A stretch of 40,953 bases of DNA from the IMG/VR virus record IMGVR_UViG_3300049164_000113, positions 1 through 40,953 of that record. The stretch is one strand, 5' to 3'. A program made the position numbers and the translations under genes. The stretch's first letter is position 1. Each line of letters starts with the position of its first letter. The notes below the pieces were generated by a model, which was not told where the DNA came from, ran no database searches, and was given only the letters and a program-made list of their open reading frames with translations. This DNA is from a virus (Duplodnaviria > Caudoviricetes). Shown in pieces: positions 26,566-35,982 of this stretch.

Positions 26566-26976
26566 TCAGGTCAGGTTGTCGCGGGCCAGCTCCTCCGCGA
26601 CCGCATTGGACAGGAAGTTCGTGGCGCGCGTGCCCGGATGCCACACATGAGCAGCGAACACAGTCCGGCCGCCGGCTTGGAACCTCAGGGCGCGGGCGTT
26701 GCGGGGGCGGATGGCGTGCGCGCGGGTGCCGTCATGCACCCACCGGGCGTGGCGGGAGGTAGCGAAGTTGTCTAGGCGGACCACGCTGCCCGTGGTGCGG
26801 ACACTGAACCCAATAGAGGCTTTCAACTCCCCGCTCCGCACCGGGACACGACGGCGAGCGTTGACCTGGATACGTCGACCCAGCCCCCGCGCCCACCGGC
26901 CTGCCGTCGCGACCGCGACCGCCTCGGCACCGGCCACCGGATCGTATTCCGGTGTGAGCCGGGCGCGTAACGGCAT
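26566..26976 (-). CDS. HK97 gp10-like tail completion/neck protein
   Basis: ARRRVPVRSG.L..SI...WVHDGTRAH.IRP....LRF...V.HPGT...FL. Confidence 0.8.
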   Translation of the reverse strand: MPLRARLTPEYDPVAGAEAVAVATAGRWARGLGRRIQVNARRRVPVRSGELKASIGFSVRTTGSVVRLDNFATSRHARWVHDGTRAHAIRPRNARALRFQAGGRTVFAAHVWHPGTRATNFLSNAVAEELARDNLT

Positions 26977-26979
26977 CGG

Positions 26980-27276
26980 CTACTCCTCGGCCGCCGCGGT
27001 ACGCCGCCGCCGCTTCGGCTTGTCCTCCACAACCTCCGCACCCTCGTCAACATCTTCCGGAACGTCCTCAACTGCAAGTGGTTCCGGCGCGTCGCTGACC
27101 TGCACAGTGTCCGGTTTTGCACCCGAATTTGAGGCGGGTTCGTCGTGGTGCCAGGCGATCACCTTGGCCAGCCGAGACCGCAACAATCCCTTGATGTACG
27201 GGGTGTGCTCCACGGTGCGCTGCTCGCCCTCCTCGAGCACATCCGAACGCACGACACCTTCGATCGTCACCTGCAT
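26980..27276 (-). CDS. hypothetical virion-region protein
   Basis: AGGAG SD before ATG 27276. Confidence 0.7.
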   Translation of the reverse strand: MQVTIEGVVRSDVLEEGEQRTVEHTPYIKGLLRSRLAKVIAWHHDEPASNSGAKPDTVQVSDAPEPLAVEDVPEDVDEGAEVVEDKPKRRRRTAAAEE

Positions 27277-27287
27277 GTCTTCTCCTC

Positions 27288-27833
27288 CTACAGTCGTGCG
27301 TGGGCCTGTTGAACCCACGCGGTCACCAATCCGTCAGGCCCCCACGGCTCCCCGGCTCCGATCGCGGTATCAGTTGCAGCCCTGTGTTTTTCGGCAGCAG
27401 CCATAGCCGCGCACAGGGCAGAGTCGAGCCGGTAGGAGTCGTCCCACTGGATCGCGGCCTCCGCTAGCAGCTCGTCCGGTGTGCCGTCGAAGGGATGGCA
27501 ACGCGCGATTCCGGCCTCCAGCGTGATCAACCGCGAGGCCCCGCACGCCGCAGCTGCCAGGTCGTCCGGGAACACGCTGGCTTGCCCGCGCGTGCTGGTG
27601 CCGGAGCGCCAACGGCGCGCCAACCGCACCCACAGGTACGGGCCGCACCCGTCACAGCTGGGTTCCTCCTCACTACCGCCGACCAGCCACGGCGGCGGAA
27701 CCACCGTCTCACCGGCCAGCACCCACACGGTTTCGGTGCCGCCGCCCAGCGGCGGGACCTGCTGGGCGGGGTCGAACCATTGGGTGAGGTGGTCGATCAC
27801 CAGGCCCATTACTTGCTGCGCCTTGTCCGCCAT
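27288..27833 (-). CDS. putative tail terminator/connector protein
   Basis: Position after the adaptor; PYLWVR..RR.R...LEAGIARC...PWGPDG...W. Confidence 0.6.
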   Translation of the reverse strand: MADKAQQVMGLVIDHLTQWFDPAQQVPPLGGGTETVWVLAGETVVPPPWLVGGSEEEPSCDGCGPYLWVRLARRWRSGTSTRGQASVFPDDLAAAACGASRLITLEAGIARCHPFDGTPDELLAEAAIQWDDSYRLDSALCAAMAAAEKHRAATDTAIGAGEPWGPDGLVTAWVQQAHARL

Positions 27834-28567
27834 CACACACCGCCCGGATAGTCCGGCGACGACACCGACGACGGCGCGGTCATCTGGTGGGGATTGTGGG
27901 CCAAAATCCACAGGTCGATCTCACGAATTCCTGTGCGCCGGTCCTCGAACAGAACCGCAGGGTCGGCCATCTTCATCGAAACGCCCTGCCGGACCACGGA
28001 TTCCACACGCGGAGGAAGCCTGCACTTGCCGCCGGTGCAGGCGTTCCAGAACTCCAACGCGAGCTTGCCCACCATCAGCGCCGCCCCGGCCGGCGGTTCC
28101 AGCCCCGACAGGTACTCCACCGACCATGTACCTGGCTCCCCGGCTGGCCGTTCGAGGTTCTGGGATGGCCAGCGTCCTGACATCGCATACAGGCGGTCGC
28201 CTTCCAGCCGGTACGCCGTCGACGCCAGCACACTGTCCCCGACCGTGACAGCGGTGATCGAGTGGACCGGTCCCGGCAGGTGCACGACACCGGGGCCGCC
28301 GACACGGCACCGCGGCCCGCACCCGCACGGCGTGTTGTCCCACACCGCGAGTTCGACGTACCAGGACCAGCCCGGCGCCCACCACGCATCGTTGGTGTCT
28401 CTCTGCGGGCACGGGCGCACGATGCGCGGGCACTGCCCGAACTGGCGGCCCGTGAATGCCCACAGGATCGCGACGGCGGTGTCGATCGCTTCCTGCATTC
28501 GAGCGATGTCGAGTTCGGCGTCGACATCAGGCAGGCACGATCTGTCGACGGGCCAGGTGCAAGGCAT
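27833..28567 (-). CDS. head-to-tail adaptor
   Basis: CTWPVD..CLP...AV.ILWA.TGRQFG.C...RPC...LPGPV..I..V...CRLP..V..V.RQGV...TGI.EID.W. Confidence 0.85.
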   Translation of the reverse strand: MPCTWPVDRSCLPDVDAELDIARMQEAIDTAVAILWAFTGRQFGQCPRIVRPCPQRDTNDAWWAPGWSWYVELAVWDNTPCGCGPRCRVGGPGVVHLPGPVHSITAVTVGDSVLASTAYRLEGDRLYAMSGRWPSQNLERPAGEPGTWSVEYLSGLEPPAGAALMVGKLALEFWNACTGGKCRLPPRVESVVRQGVSMKMADPAVLFEDRRTGIREIDLWILAHNPHQMTAPSSVSSPDYPGGV

Positions 28568-28574
28568 GGCCCGG

Positions 28575-28596
28575 ATGCTGGCCTACCGGGGCGCAA
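28575..28596 (-). promoter_or_regulatory. late promoter TTGCGCCCC-N7-CAGCAT, leaderless to the adaptor
   Basis: ATG 7 nt after the -10. Confidence 0.7.
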
Positions 28597-28599
28597 GAC

Positions 28600-29262
28600 T
28601 CAGGCGGGCGGTATGAGGACCGATGCACCGATACCGCCGGAGGTGTTCCAAAACGTGGAGGTGGAACATGTCCACGTGCGTTCACCGGTTGGTATCGGCG
28701 GGTCGGCCAAGACGGCTACCCCGTGGATGGCGTGCGTGCGTGACTGGACATCGGCAATCTCGGTCATCCCGGCCGGCGGCGTCCATGTCGCGGCGGTGTC
28801 CAGCGGGGCAGCGCTCGCGTAGCTGAACAGGAGTGCGCCCGTCGTCGGGCCGGCGGGCACCGAAGGGGCGGTGCGGGTTGTCGAGTTGGTCATCGATCCG
28901 GTGAGGGGCGGGATGATCCATGACGCGAACGGTGCGGCACCGCGCACGGTCGCGATCGTTACGCAGCAGTCTTCGGAACCCGTGGCGAACGCATAGCTTG
29001 CGGACGCGTCGGGTAGCCGCGCCCACAGCTTGGTGTGCATTTCGCTGGTGCCCTGATCACGACCGGCCAGCAGCGTCCACCCCGCCGCCGTCAACGACGA
29101 GTACAGGCCGTCGTCGTTGGTGTGCCACGCGATCAACTGATCGGTCACCGAATCGGTACCGCCAGGCTTCGGGCACGACAGGGAGGCGGCGTTGCCGCCG
29201 ATGGACGCGGCACCGACGAGCAGCACCGACGACGGGGCCGCGGCAGCTCGGGCGACGAACAT
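28600..29262 (-). CDS. beta-rich virion fibre/receptor-binding-like protein
   Basis: GWTLL...W.R....SY.F...APSV...WTPPAGMTE..D; ATG 29262. Confidence 0.6.
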   Translation of the reverse strand: MFVARAAAAPSSVLLVGAASIGGNAASLSCPKPGGTDSVTDQLIAWHTNDDGLYSSLTAAGWTLLAGRDQGTSEMHTKLWARLPDASASYAFATGSEDCCVTIATVRGAAPFASWIIPPLTGSMTNSTTRTAPSVPAGPTTGALLFSYASAAPLDTAATWTPPAGMTEIADVQSRTHAIHGVAVLADPPIPTGERTWTCSTSTFWNTSGGIGASVLIPPA

Positions 29263-29263
29263 G

Positions 29264-29686
29264 TCAGTTCCAGGTCCCGAAAATGTAGGCGCGCAGGCCC
29301 TTCCCGGGTGTGGTGCCGATGGTGCAATGGAGACTGAGCCGGTCACCGACCGCGAACGATTGGTTGACGGTCGCGGTGCGCGCGGTGTCGGTGGCGGTGC
29401 CGTCCACCTGATCCAGCGCCGAAATCGTCAGGTTGGACGAGGCCACCTGAACGCCGTTGCGCCGCAACTCCACTGCCGTGGAGCCGGACGCGTCGGCGCT
29501 GTCGAACTGATACACAACCCGCGTCGCGGTGAAGGCGCGGCCGACGTACATACCGGCCGCGAGATCCCCGACACCGGTGACGCGGGTGCCGGTTTGGGCG
29601 ACCCACACGAAATCGGACGGCAGAGCAAGCGGCAACGCCGCAACGAATTCGCCACCTTCGTCCAGGTGGACCGGGCGCAGAGCCAT
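29264..29686 (-). CDS. virion structural protein
   Basis: Coupled to neighbours; F..GDRL.......PGKGLR pattern. Confidence 0.6.
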   Translation of the reverse strand: MALRPVHLDEGGEFVAALPLALPSDFVWVAQTGTRVTGVGDLAAGMYVGRAFTATRVVYQFDSADASGSTAVELRRNGVQVASSNLTISALDQVDGTATDTARTATVNQSFAVGDRLSLHCTIGTTPGKGLRAYIFGTWN

Positions 29687-30195
29687 CAGGCCAAAACCAC
29701 CACGGGGCCAGGCTCGAAATTCAGCGTGGTCGGGCTGGTCGCAACACCGACCTTCTGCACGGCGTTCCCGGACGCGCTGGGCGGGGTAGCGGTCGCCGCC
29801 CCGGCCGTGGTCGACAAAAAATTGGTGCCAGGAGTGAGACCGGTCAAACCCACGATGGTGCCCTCGAAATACACCGTCGCCGCCACACCCGACCCGAAGG
29901 ATTGCAGTACGAACCCGTGCGCGGGTTTGCCGCCCGTCGCTGCGTCCGCCTTGCGGGCCTTCGCGCCGGTGCTGTTGTGGATGTTCACCAAATCCCCGGC
30001 CGCCAGCGCCTCGGACGTGGTGATCGACTGCGTGTCCGGGCCGATCCCCACCGGCATAATCGAAGGGTCGGCGCGCCCGTTGGCGTCCAGGGCCACGATC
30101 TTGCCCGCGCTGCCCGAGCCGACCGAAACGACTGTGCCTTCGCGCTCCACGAAATGGCCGGTCGTGAGGTCTATGAACAGGTATTTGTCGGCCAC
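29686..30195 (-). CDS. capsid decoration/fibre-like protein
   Basis: GKIVALDANGR.D.S.MPVGIG.DT...SEALAAGDLVNI....ARKADA....AHGFVL. Confidence 0.65.
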   Translation of the reverse strand: MADKYLFIDLTTGHFVEREGTVVSVGSGSAGKIVALDANGRADPSIMPVGIGPDTQSITTSEALAAGDLVNIHNSTGAKARKADAATGGKPAHGFVLQSFGSGVAATVYFEGTIVGLTGLTPGTNFLSTTAGAATATPPSASGNAVQKVGVATSPTTLNFEPGPVVVLA

Positions 30196-30206
30196 CGGGG
30201 GGCCTC

Positions 30207-30998
30207 CTAAATCAGGTTGATGGATGGTTGCCGATTAACGAACATGCTGGTCGGGGTGGGGGCGGCACCCAGGACCGCGAGGAAGTCTGAACCTGGTGCG
30301 CTGGGGACGGTTTGAGTGAGTGCCCCGCCGGCACCGAGGAAGATCAGCCGGGCCGGGGTCCACGCCCAGGACGCTTCGGTGATCTCGCCGAACGCCACCA
30401 TGGTCGCGGTCGCCCCGGCCGCGACCGCGCCGGTGGTGATCCAGATAGGTGCGTCGAAATGGGCGGGCGTGGCGGCGGAGGCGTAGTCGATCAACCCATC
30501 CGGCCGCCGGTACACCGCACGATGCCCCGACAGCGGCCCGGCCGCGACGCCGGTGAGGACCACCCGGTCCAACGCTCCGCCGCCAGGCGGCCCGGCCGGG
30601 CCAGGGACCGGCACCGCGACCACCCCCGGACCGGCACCAGGCACGGCCGCGATATAGCCGATACCGACTCGCCGGCAACCGAACTCGACCTGGCCAGCCA
30701 ACCACACGGAGGCTGGCGAGTCGGGGTAGTCCAGCCACAATTCGACCCACGCCCGGCGCGGGATCTCCGCCACTTCGGCCGCCGCGACAACCCATTCCAT
30801 CAGCGCGCCGGTAATGGTGGCAGGCCAGAGCCGCTCGAAACTGTGGCCCCGCAGAGTGAACCGCAGCCACGCCGTAGTCCCCGCCGGCCACGGTGTGGGA
30901 ACGCCTGCCGCCGTGCGTAACTCGATCCGGTCGACAAAATCGGCGGCCGGATCGAGTGCCAGCGTCAGCGGACCCGCTGTCGTTCCCAGAGTGACCAT
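30207..30998 (-). CDS. virion fibre protein (N-terminal attachment domain, GPAGPPG linker, decoration-like C-terminal domain)
   Basis: Domain pattern in the translation; start uncertain (30998 or 31061). Confidence 0.6.
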   Translation of the reverse strand: MVTLGTTAGPLTLALDPAADFVDRIELRTAAGVPTPWPAGTTAWLRFTLRGHSFERLWPATITGALMEWVVAAAEVAEIPRRAWVELWLDYPDSPASVWLAGQVEFGCRRVGIGYIAAVPGAGPGVVAVPVPGPAGPPGGGALDRVVLTGVAAGPLSGHRAVYRRPDGLIDYASAATPAHFDAPIWITTGAVAAGATATMVAFGEITEASWAWTPARLIFLGAGGALTQTVPSAPGSDFLAVLGAAPTPTSMFVNRQPSINLI

Positions 30999-31020
30999 CA
31001 GACTCGTGGCGGCCAGTTCA

Positions 31021-32130
31021 TCAGTAGACACCGCCCGCCTGAGTCTCGGCCACGTCGACATCCGGCGCGGTGCCGCCGGACAGGTTCGCGGTCGCCGTCA
31101 TCAGCGGCAGGTTGGTTTCCGCCAACTCACCAACGAATTCCACGGCGTACGGGCCGCCCGCCGTCCCGGTGACGCTGACGTTCCCTTCGCCGATCGTGGA
31201 TACTGCCTCCAACGCCGCCTGCATCGCAGCCGACGCCACATCATGAGCCAGCGCGGTAGTCGGCTCACCCACGAAGGCGAGATTGAACGTGCCGCCGGTC
31301 GGGGATCCGGTGATAGTGACGGACTGGATTTCGTTGCTGCCCACCGCATCACAGCCAGGCTGGGCCGGGGCGATCTCGGCCGCGGTGGCACCGTAGTACG
31401 GGGACGGCAGGATCAGCGGGCAGCAATCCTCATCGGCCTCGGGCGGCGCGATGGTGGTTTCCATGACCCGCATATGGCTGCCCGGCTTGATCGGCTTGAG
31501 CATGCGGCCGGGCGTGTTCTGGGCGTCGATGGCCATGACGTTGTACGGACCCAAACCCCACCGCGACGGGGACGAGGTGATGCCATTGAGTTTGAACGTA
31601 CTGATCTTCGCGCCGATGTCGAGATCCGCACCGAGACCGAACTCCTTGACAGCGGGAAAAGCGATGTAGCCGTACGACAAGCTGGACGCGAGCGCGCCGT
31701 TGACCAGGATGTCATCGGTGGTCGGGATGTCGTCACACTCGTCATCGTCACCGATACCGGTCCACAATTCCACGGCCACACCGCGATCGGAGCGGGTCGA
31801 CTTCGCATCATCGAAACCGATCGCGTTACCGGCGTAGTCGGTGACCAGCGCCCAGTCCATCACCATGTTGTACAAGCACGTGTTCACCTTGCACAGCTCC
31901 AAGCCGATGTTCCATCGCTTGCGCTCGGGCGGCGTGCGGGACGAAAGGCAGACGCGGCCTTCGCCGTTGGTTTGTTCCAGCTCCTCCGCGTCACGCATGA
32001 CGGGGGAGCCGGTGAGCGTGATGAGACCGCCGGTGGTGATCCGCGACCGCGGCCCCGCGATCGGCATTCCACAGGCATCAACCTTGGTGAAGCGCGCGCG
32101 AACCGCCTTCACCATGCCGAATGTTGCCAC
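31021..32130 (-). CDS. major tail protein with C-terminal extension
   Basis: R.TKVDACG.P..G.....T.G...EELEQTN.EG.VC...WGLGPY.V; GAGGAG SD; own promoter. Confidence 0.9.
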   Translation of the reverse strand: MATFGMVKAVRARFTKVDACGMPIAGPRSRITTGGLITLTGSPVMRDAEELEQTNGEGRVCLSSRTPPERKRWNIGLELCKVNTCLYNMVMDWALVTDYAGNAIGFDDAKSTRSDRGVAVELWTGIGDDDECDDIPTTDDILVNGALASSLSYGYIAFPAVKEFGLGADLDIGAKISTFKLNGITSSPSRWGLGPYNVMAIDAQNTPGRMLKPIKPGSHMRVMETTIAPPEADEDCCPLILPSPYYGATAAEIAPAQPGCDAVGSNEIQSVTITGSPTGGTFNLAFVGEPTTALAHDVASAAMQAALEAVSTIGEGNVSVTGTAGGPYAVEFVGELAETNLPLMTATANLSGGTAPDVDVAETQAGGVY

Positions 32131-32181
32131 GAGAGTTCTCCTCGAGTTCGGTTGTCGTGGCTGCCCAGGCCCTCGCCGCGC

Positions 32182-32203
32182 ACGGTAAAGGGCCGGGGCG
32201 CAA
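32182..32203 (-). promoter_or_regulatory. late promoter TTGCGCCCC-N7-TACCGT
   Basis: One of six copies. Confidence 0.75.
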
Positions 32204-32215
32204 CGCCCCGGCCCT
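32189..32215 (-). terminator. 12-bp perfect hairpin agggccggggcg-caa-cgccccggccct overlapping the promoter box
   Basis: Perfect inverted repeat just after the holin stop. Confidence 0.55.
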
Positions 32216-32229
32216 CGAAAACCCGCCCG

Positions 32230-32484
32230 CTATTCCGGTCGCGCGTGCCTGCCCGCCGCCGGTTTCAGCAGCGACGCCGACTCCTCATCACCGCGCAGGG
32301 TCGACGCGATAGAGGTGAGGATCGAGATCCCCGCCGCGCACAACGCGACACCCCCGCCGGTCGCGACGGTGCCCCAATCCAGGCCGGTCGCCAGCGCCGA
32401 CAGCGGCACCGACGCCAGCAGGGTTTGCGCGCCCGTCTTCACCGCGCGCTCACCCGCATCGAGCCAAAACGCCTTACTCCACAT
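32230..32484 (-). CDS. r1t-family holin
   Basis: MWSKAFWLDAGERAVKT.AQ.LLA...DW......A...S.LTSIAS. Confidence 0.85.
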   Translation of the reverse strand: MWSKAFWLDAGERAVKTGAQTLLASVPLSALATGLDWGTVATGGGVALCAAGISILTSIASTLRGDEESASLLKPAAGRHARPE

Positions 32485-32968
32485 GCGAATCCGCCGGCCC
32501 GCCCTCGGCCGCGCCCGTGTCGGCGGTGCCCGGCTCGCCGGTACTCGGTCCAGCCTCACCGACGTCCGTGCTGAGGGCCTTCGCGGGAGCTGCCTTCTTG
32601 GCCGGCGTCTTCTTGGCCGTGGCCTTCTTGGCTGGCTCGGCCTCGGTCGCCTTCGTCTCGCCGGCCTCCTGGTGGGTCTGCTCGGCGGTCTTCGTTTCGC
32701 CGCTCTGCTGGGGCGTCGACTCGGGGGTCGCGTCCTTCTGGCCGGTGTCGGCCTCGGCGGGAATCAGACCGGCGGCCTCCGCGATGGCCACGGGCACGAC
32801 GAACGCACGGCCGCCGCCCTTGATTGATCGGGTGCGCACCGCGCGAGCATTGCCGTGACCGGCGGCGTCGATGAGCTGCTTTGCCAGCTGCCCTCGCTCA
32901 CTGCCGTGCACGGGCTGGATGGTGGCGGTGTCGCCGTCGATGGTGGTGATGGCCTGAATGGACTGCAT
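32474..32968 (-). CDS. hypothetical protein with AKKA-rich tail
   Basis: GGAG SD; LAKQLIDAAG...VRT...F.VP..IAEAAGL. Confidence 0.7.
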   Translation of the reverse strand: MQSIQAITTIDGDTATIQPVHGSERGQLAKQLIDAAGHGNARAVRTRSIKGGGRAFVVPVAIAEAAGLIPAEADTGQKDATPESTPQQSGETKTAEQTHQEAGETKATEAEPAKKATAKKTPAKKAAPAKALSTDVGEAGPSTGEPGTADTGAAEGGPADSHVE

Positions 32969-32973
32969 GGTGG

Positions 32974-33705
32974 TTACGCTCCGATCGTCACGGCAGTTGT
33001 CCAGCACTCCCAAGACACGAGCGTTTCCCGCTCGGCCACGGAGAGCCGCTGATTGTGGGGGTAATCCGGGCCGTGGTTCATCACCACAGGACCGCGGTGC
33101 ACGGTGACCGGGCCGGTGGCCACGATCGTTTCCGCCAGGTCGGTGTATCCGGCGCCGAACGCCCAGCGGTGCCCGAGCGGCGAGAGCAACTGACCGCCCG
33201 TGCGGGTGATCAGCTGCGCGGCAGCGAGCCCGGCAGCCAGATGCGGGGCGGCGTGCAGCACCCCCGGGAACCCGAACGGCGCGATGGCCTCTTCCAGCGC
33301 GCCGACCGCCGCGACCAAACCGGCTACGTTCGTGGGGGTTCCGGCGGCAGTGAGGAGCCGGTCCACGAGCTGCGCCTCCACGCGCACGGATTCGTGCAGG
33401 CGTAGCAGTTGTTCGGCGCGCTGCTGCGCCTCCAGCTCCGGGACGAGAGCGGAGCAGTTGTCGTCCGCGCCGATCACGTCGCCGGTGAAAGACATGTCCT
33501 CAGCGCGGGATTCGGCACCCTTCGGCGACGGGTCGGGTGCCTCTGCTTCGCAGTCGATGGGGTAAATCCACGACGGCCCGCAGTTCCAGGACTCCACGAT
33601 CATCCCGAACGACAGCCGGGACGGGTCGCCGGTGTCGCGGACGGTCGCCGCGGTGTACAGACCACCAGGGGCAGGGTTGGCCAACGGCGGCCGGTAAACC
33701 TCCAC
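32974..33705 (-). CDS. second capsid protein (pentamer-type, as in cluster B-like actinophages)
   Basis: PP.NP...GLY.A...L.SPLGHRWAFGAGY...ATGPV...AER; directly after the MCP; AAGGAGG SD before GTG 33705. Confidence 0.7.
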   Translation of the reverse strand: MEVYRPPLANPAPGGLYTAATVRDTGDPSRLSFGMIVESWNCGPSWIYPIDCEAEAPDPSPKGAESRAEDMSFTGDVIGADDNCSALVPELEAQQRAEQLLRLHESVRVEAQLVDRLLTAAGTPTNVAGLVAAVGALEEAIAPFGFPGVLHAAPHLAAGLAAAQLITRTGGQLLSPLGHRWAFGAGYTDLAETIVATGPVTVHRGPVVMNHGPDYPHNQRLSVAERETLVSWECWTTAVTIGA

Positions 33706-33740
33706 AGCGGCAACCTCCTTCACGAGTTGGGGGTCCGGTC

Positions 33741-33786
33741 GGGGCGGGTGAGCTGGGCAGCCACAAGGGGACTACTCACCCGCCCC
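33741..33786 (-). terminator. hairpin after the major capsid gene
   Basis: ggggcgggtgag / ctcacccgcccc inverted repeat. Confidence 0.5.
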
Positions 33787-33813
33787 GAACCGGAGAACAC
33801 GGGGCGGAACCGA

Positions 33814-35916
33814 CTAGTTCGGCGCGCCCGGGGTGGTGGTCGACGGGGTGATCGTCGCGTTGGTGCCGCCGGTGAACGCATGTGTCACCGACAGCTGCGC
33901 CACGTTCGTGGCACCCAACGCACCCTGGAACGTCACGTGGTAGGGGCCGCCCGCCGGGCCGGTGACCGCGACGTTGCCGATACCGATCGTGGGCAGCTTC
34001 GCCAACTCCGCCTGCACAGTCGCCGCGGTGGCGTTGTGGGCGATCGGGTCGGTAGGTGCGGAACCCTGGAACGAAGCGGTGAAATGACCACCTGTCGGCG
34101 AACCGGTGATCGTGAGCGCTTGGACTTCGTTGGTGGTGGCCGGGCAGGTGATCTGCTCGCGCGCACCCACAGAGCCGTTCGCGCACAGGTTGACGGTGAT
34201 GACCTCGGAAACGTTGCACCGGCGATCCATCAGGTACTCGTCCTCAGTGAACAATTCCATCTGCCGGTTTTTCTGCAGCATCTCCTTGGAGTGCAGCGTG
34301 CCGACCTCGATGACGTGCTCCAGGTGCTGGTACCAGGTGCCGCGCGGGTACAGCACCGTCTTTACCTGGGAAGGCCACCGCACCGACGCTTCGGGCAGCG
34401 CCTGCCAGTGCTGCACCCACTCGATGAAGATGTTTCGCGAGGCAAGCCAGCCGTCGATCTCGGCATCGGTGATGCCCTTGACATCTCGGCCCTGCTGCAA
34501 CGCCATGTCCGCCCGTGCGACATCGAGCATCCAGGCCGGGGCCTTGCCGTCGATCGGGGCATCCTTGGGCAGACGCATCTTCTGCCGCTGCACCACCGCA
34601 CGCAGCGCCAAACCGTTCAGGTACGCGCCCGCCGCACCCAGCGCCCCGGCCGAGATCGTGTACGGGGTGGAGTCGGCCTCCACATCCATCAAGCTCCACA
34701 CGCTCACCTTGATCAGGTGCGCCTTGACCACCTCGGCCAGGAACCGTTCGATGGACTCGGGGAAACCCCGACGCTGCAGAATGCCGCTCGTCACGCACAG
34801 ACCAATGGCTTCCACATAGATTTCTTCCCATTCGACACAGGGAATCTCGATGCAGGGTTTGGTCACCACCGGCGTGCCGTCGGGGTTGTTGGCCTCCAAC
34901 TCAGCTTCGGTGAACCGCCACGGCAGCGTGGCGTACAGCTCGCTGAAATCGGGTTCCATCGGACGCCGCTGCCCACCGCGAGGACCCAGGTTCATCGCCG
35001 GCCAGGTAGCCAGACCGGTCGCCGGGGTGACCTCGCAGAACTCATAGATGGTCTCAGGCACCGCGCAGTGACCGCCGGACGCCACCAGTGCGCCGTTGTC
35101 GTTGAAGGTCGCGGCCCGGTACTCGGTGCCGCGCACAATCTCATCGATCCGCGCGGCGCGCTGCTCCTCCGACAGGTTGGGGTCCACGATGTGGCTCGGC
35201 CCGAAACCGCGGTCGAGGGTCGCCAACGACAGGGGGATCTTGTTGGCCGCACCGTCGATTCGGAGCGGGTCGCGGTTGCTGTGGATGCGGTGGCCGGTCG
35301 CCATACCGTCGATTGACGCGGCCAGCTCGCGGAACCCCACTGCCCCGTCTTGGAATCGGTGCGCGTTGGGCCGCATTCGGAAACCGATCTCACGCTGCGC
35401 TGGGGCCTGAGCCGCCGGGGCGCGGCCGGTGCGCGCACCGAGCCCACGGAACGATGGAGTACTCGAGGACGCGGTCACCGCCGGTTCTGGGGTTGCGGCA
35501 TTCGCTGCGATGTTCTCCGCTTCGGTGACAACCTCCGCACCGCCGGTTGCCGGGGTCTCCGGTGCGCCCGCACCGCCGGTTCCCGCATTCTCGCCACCGC
35601 CGGTATCCGGGTCCGGTTCAACAGGTTCCGGGGTCGGCTCCGGTGTCGCAGCCCGCGCCGCGCGCGCCGCCGCCAACTCCTGCGCCTCCGACATACGGGC
35701 CGCTTCCTCGCTGGCGACGGTGGCGATCTGCTCGGTGAGCGCGGTTGACGCGGCGTTCAACTCCCGCATCGCGTCAAGGGTTTCCTGGGTGACGGTCGAA
35801 CCCTCACCGGCGACATCAGCGGACAGCGCGTCGAACTCGGCTTCCGCGTCGGCCAGCAGCTTTTCGAGCTCACCGCGGCTGAGCGCCTTGAGATCGCCCG
35901 GCAACTTGATCTTCAT
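33814..35916 (-). CDS. major capsid protein (N-terminal scaffold-like region, C-terminal extension)
   Basis: AGGAGG SD before ATG 35916; coiled-coil N-terminus; LVASGG.C.VPET.Y..C...KPC.EIPC...RGFPE. Confidence 0.9.
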   Translation of the reverse strand: MKIKLPGDLKALSRGELEKLLADAEAEFDALSADVAGEGSTVTQETLDAMRELNAASTALTEQIATVASEEAARMSEAQELAAARAARAATPEPTPEPVEPDPDTGGGENAGTGGAGAPETPATGGAEVVTEAENIAANAATPEPAVTASSSTPSFRGLGARTGRAPAAQAPAQREIGFRMRPNAHRFQDGAVGFRELAASIDGMATGHRIHSNRDPLRIDGAANKIPLSLATLDRGFGPSHIVDPNLSEEQRAARIDEIVRGTEYRAATFNDNGALVASGGHCAVPETIYEFCEVTPATGLATWPAMNLGPRGGQRRPMEPDFSELYATLPWRFTEAELEANNPDGTPVVTKPCIEIPCVEWEEIYVEAIGLCVTSGILQRRGFPESIERFLAEVVKAHLIKVSVWSLMDVEADSTPYTISAGALGAAGAYLNGLALRAVVQRQKMRLPKDAPIDGKAPAWMLDVARADMALQQGRDVKGITDAEIDGWLASRNIFIEWVQHWQALPEASVRWPSQVKTVLYPRGTWYQHLEHVIEVGTLHSKEMLQKNRQMELFTEDEYLMDRRCNVSEVITVNLCANGSVGAREQITCPATTNEVQALTITGSPTGGHFTASFQGSAPTDPIAHNATAATVQAELAKLPTIGIGNVAVTGPAGGPYHVTFQGALGATNVAQLSVTHAFTGGTNATITPSTTTPGAPN

Positions 35917-35982
35917 GTGTCCCTCCTGGGCATTGGTGTGTCTGCCGGGAGGCCCGCAGCCATGCCCCGTCGATTCGCGCGC

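Noticed and set aside
33753-33764. ctgggcagccac in the post-capsid hairpin loop, matching the major-tail leader in opposite orientation
   Set aside because: Single 12-nt GC-rich match; plausible by chance with no other support.
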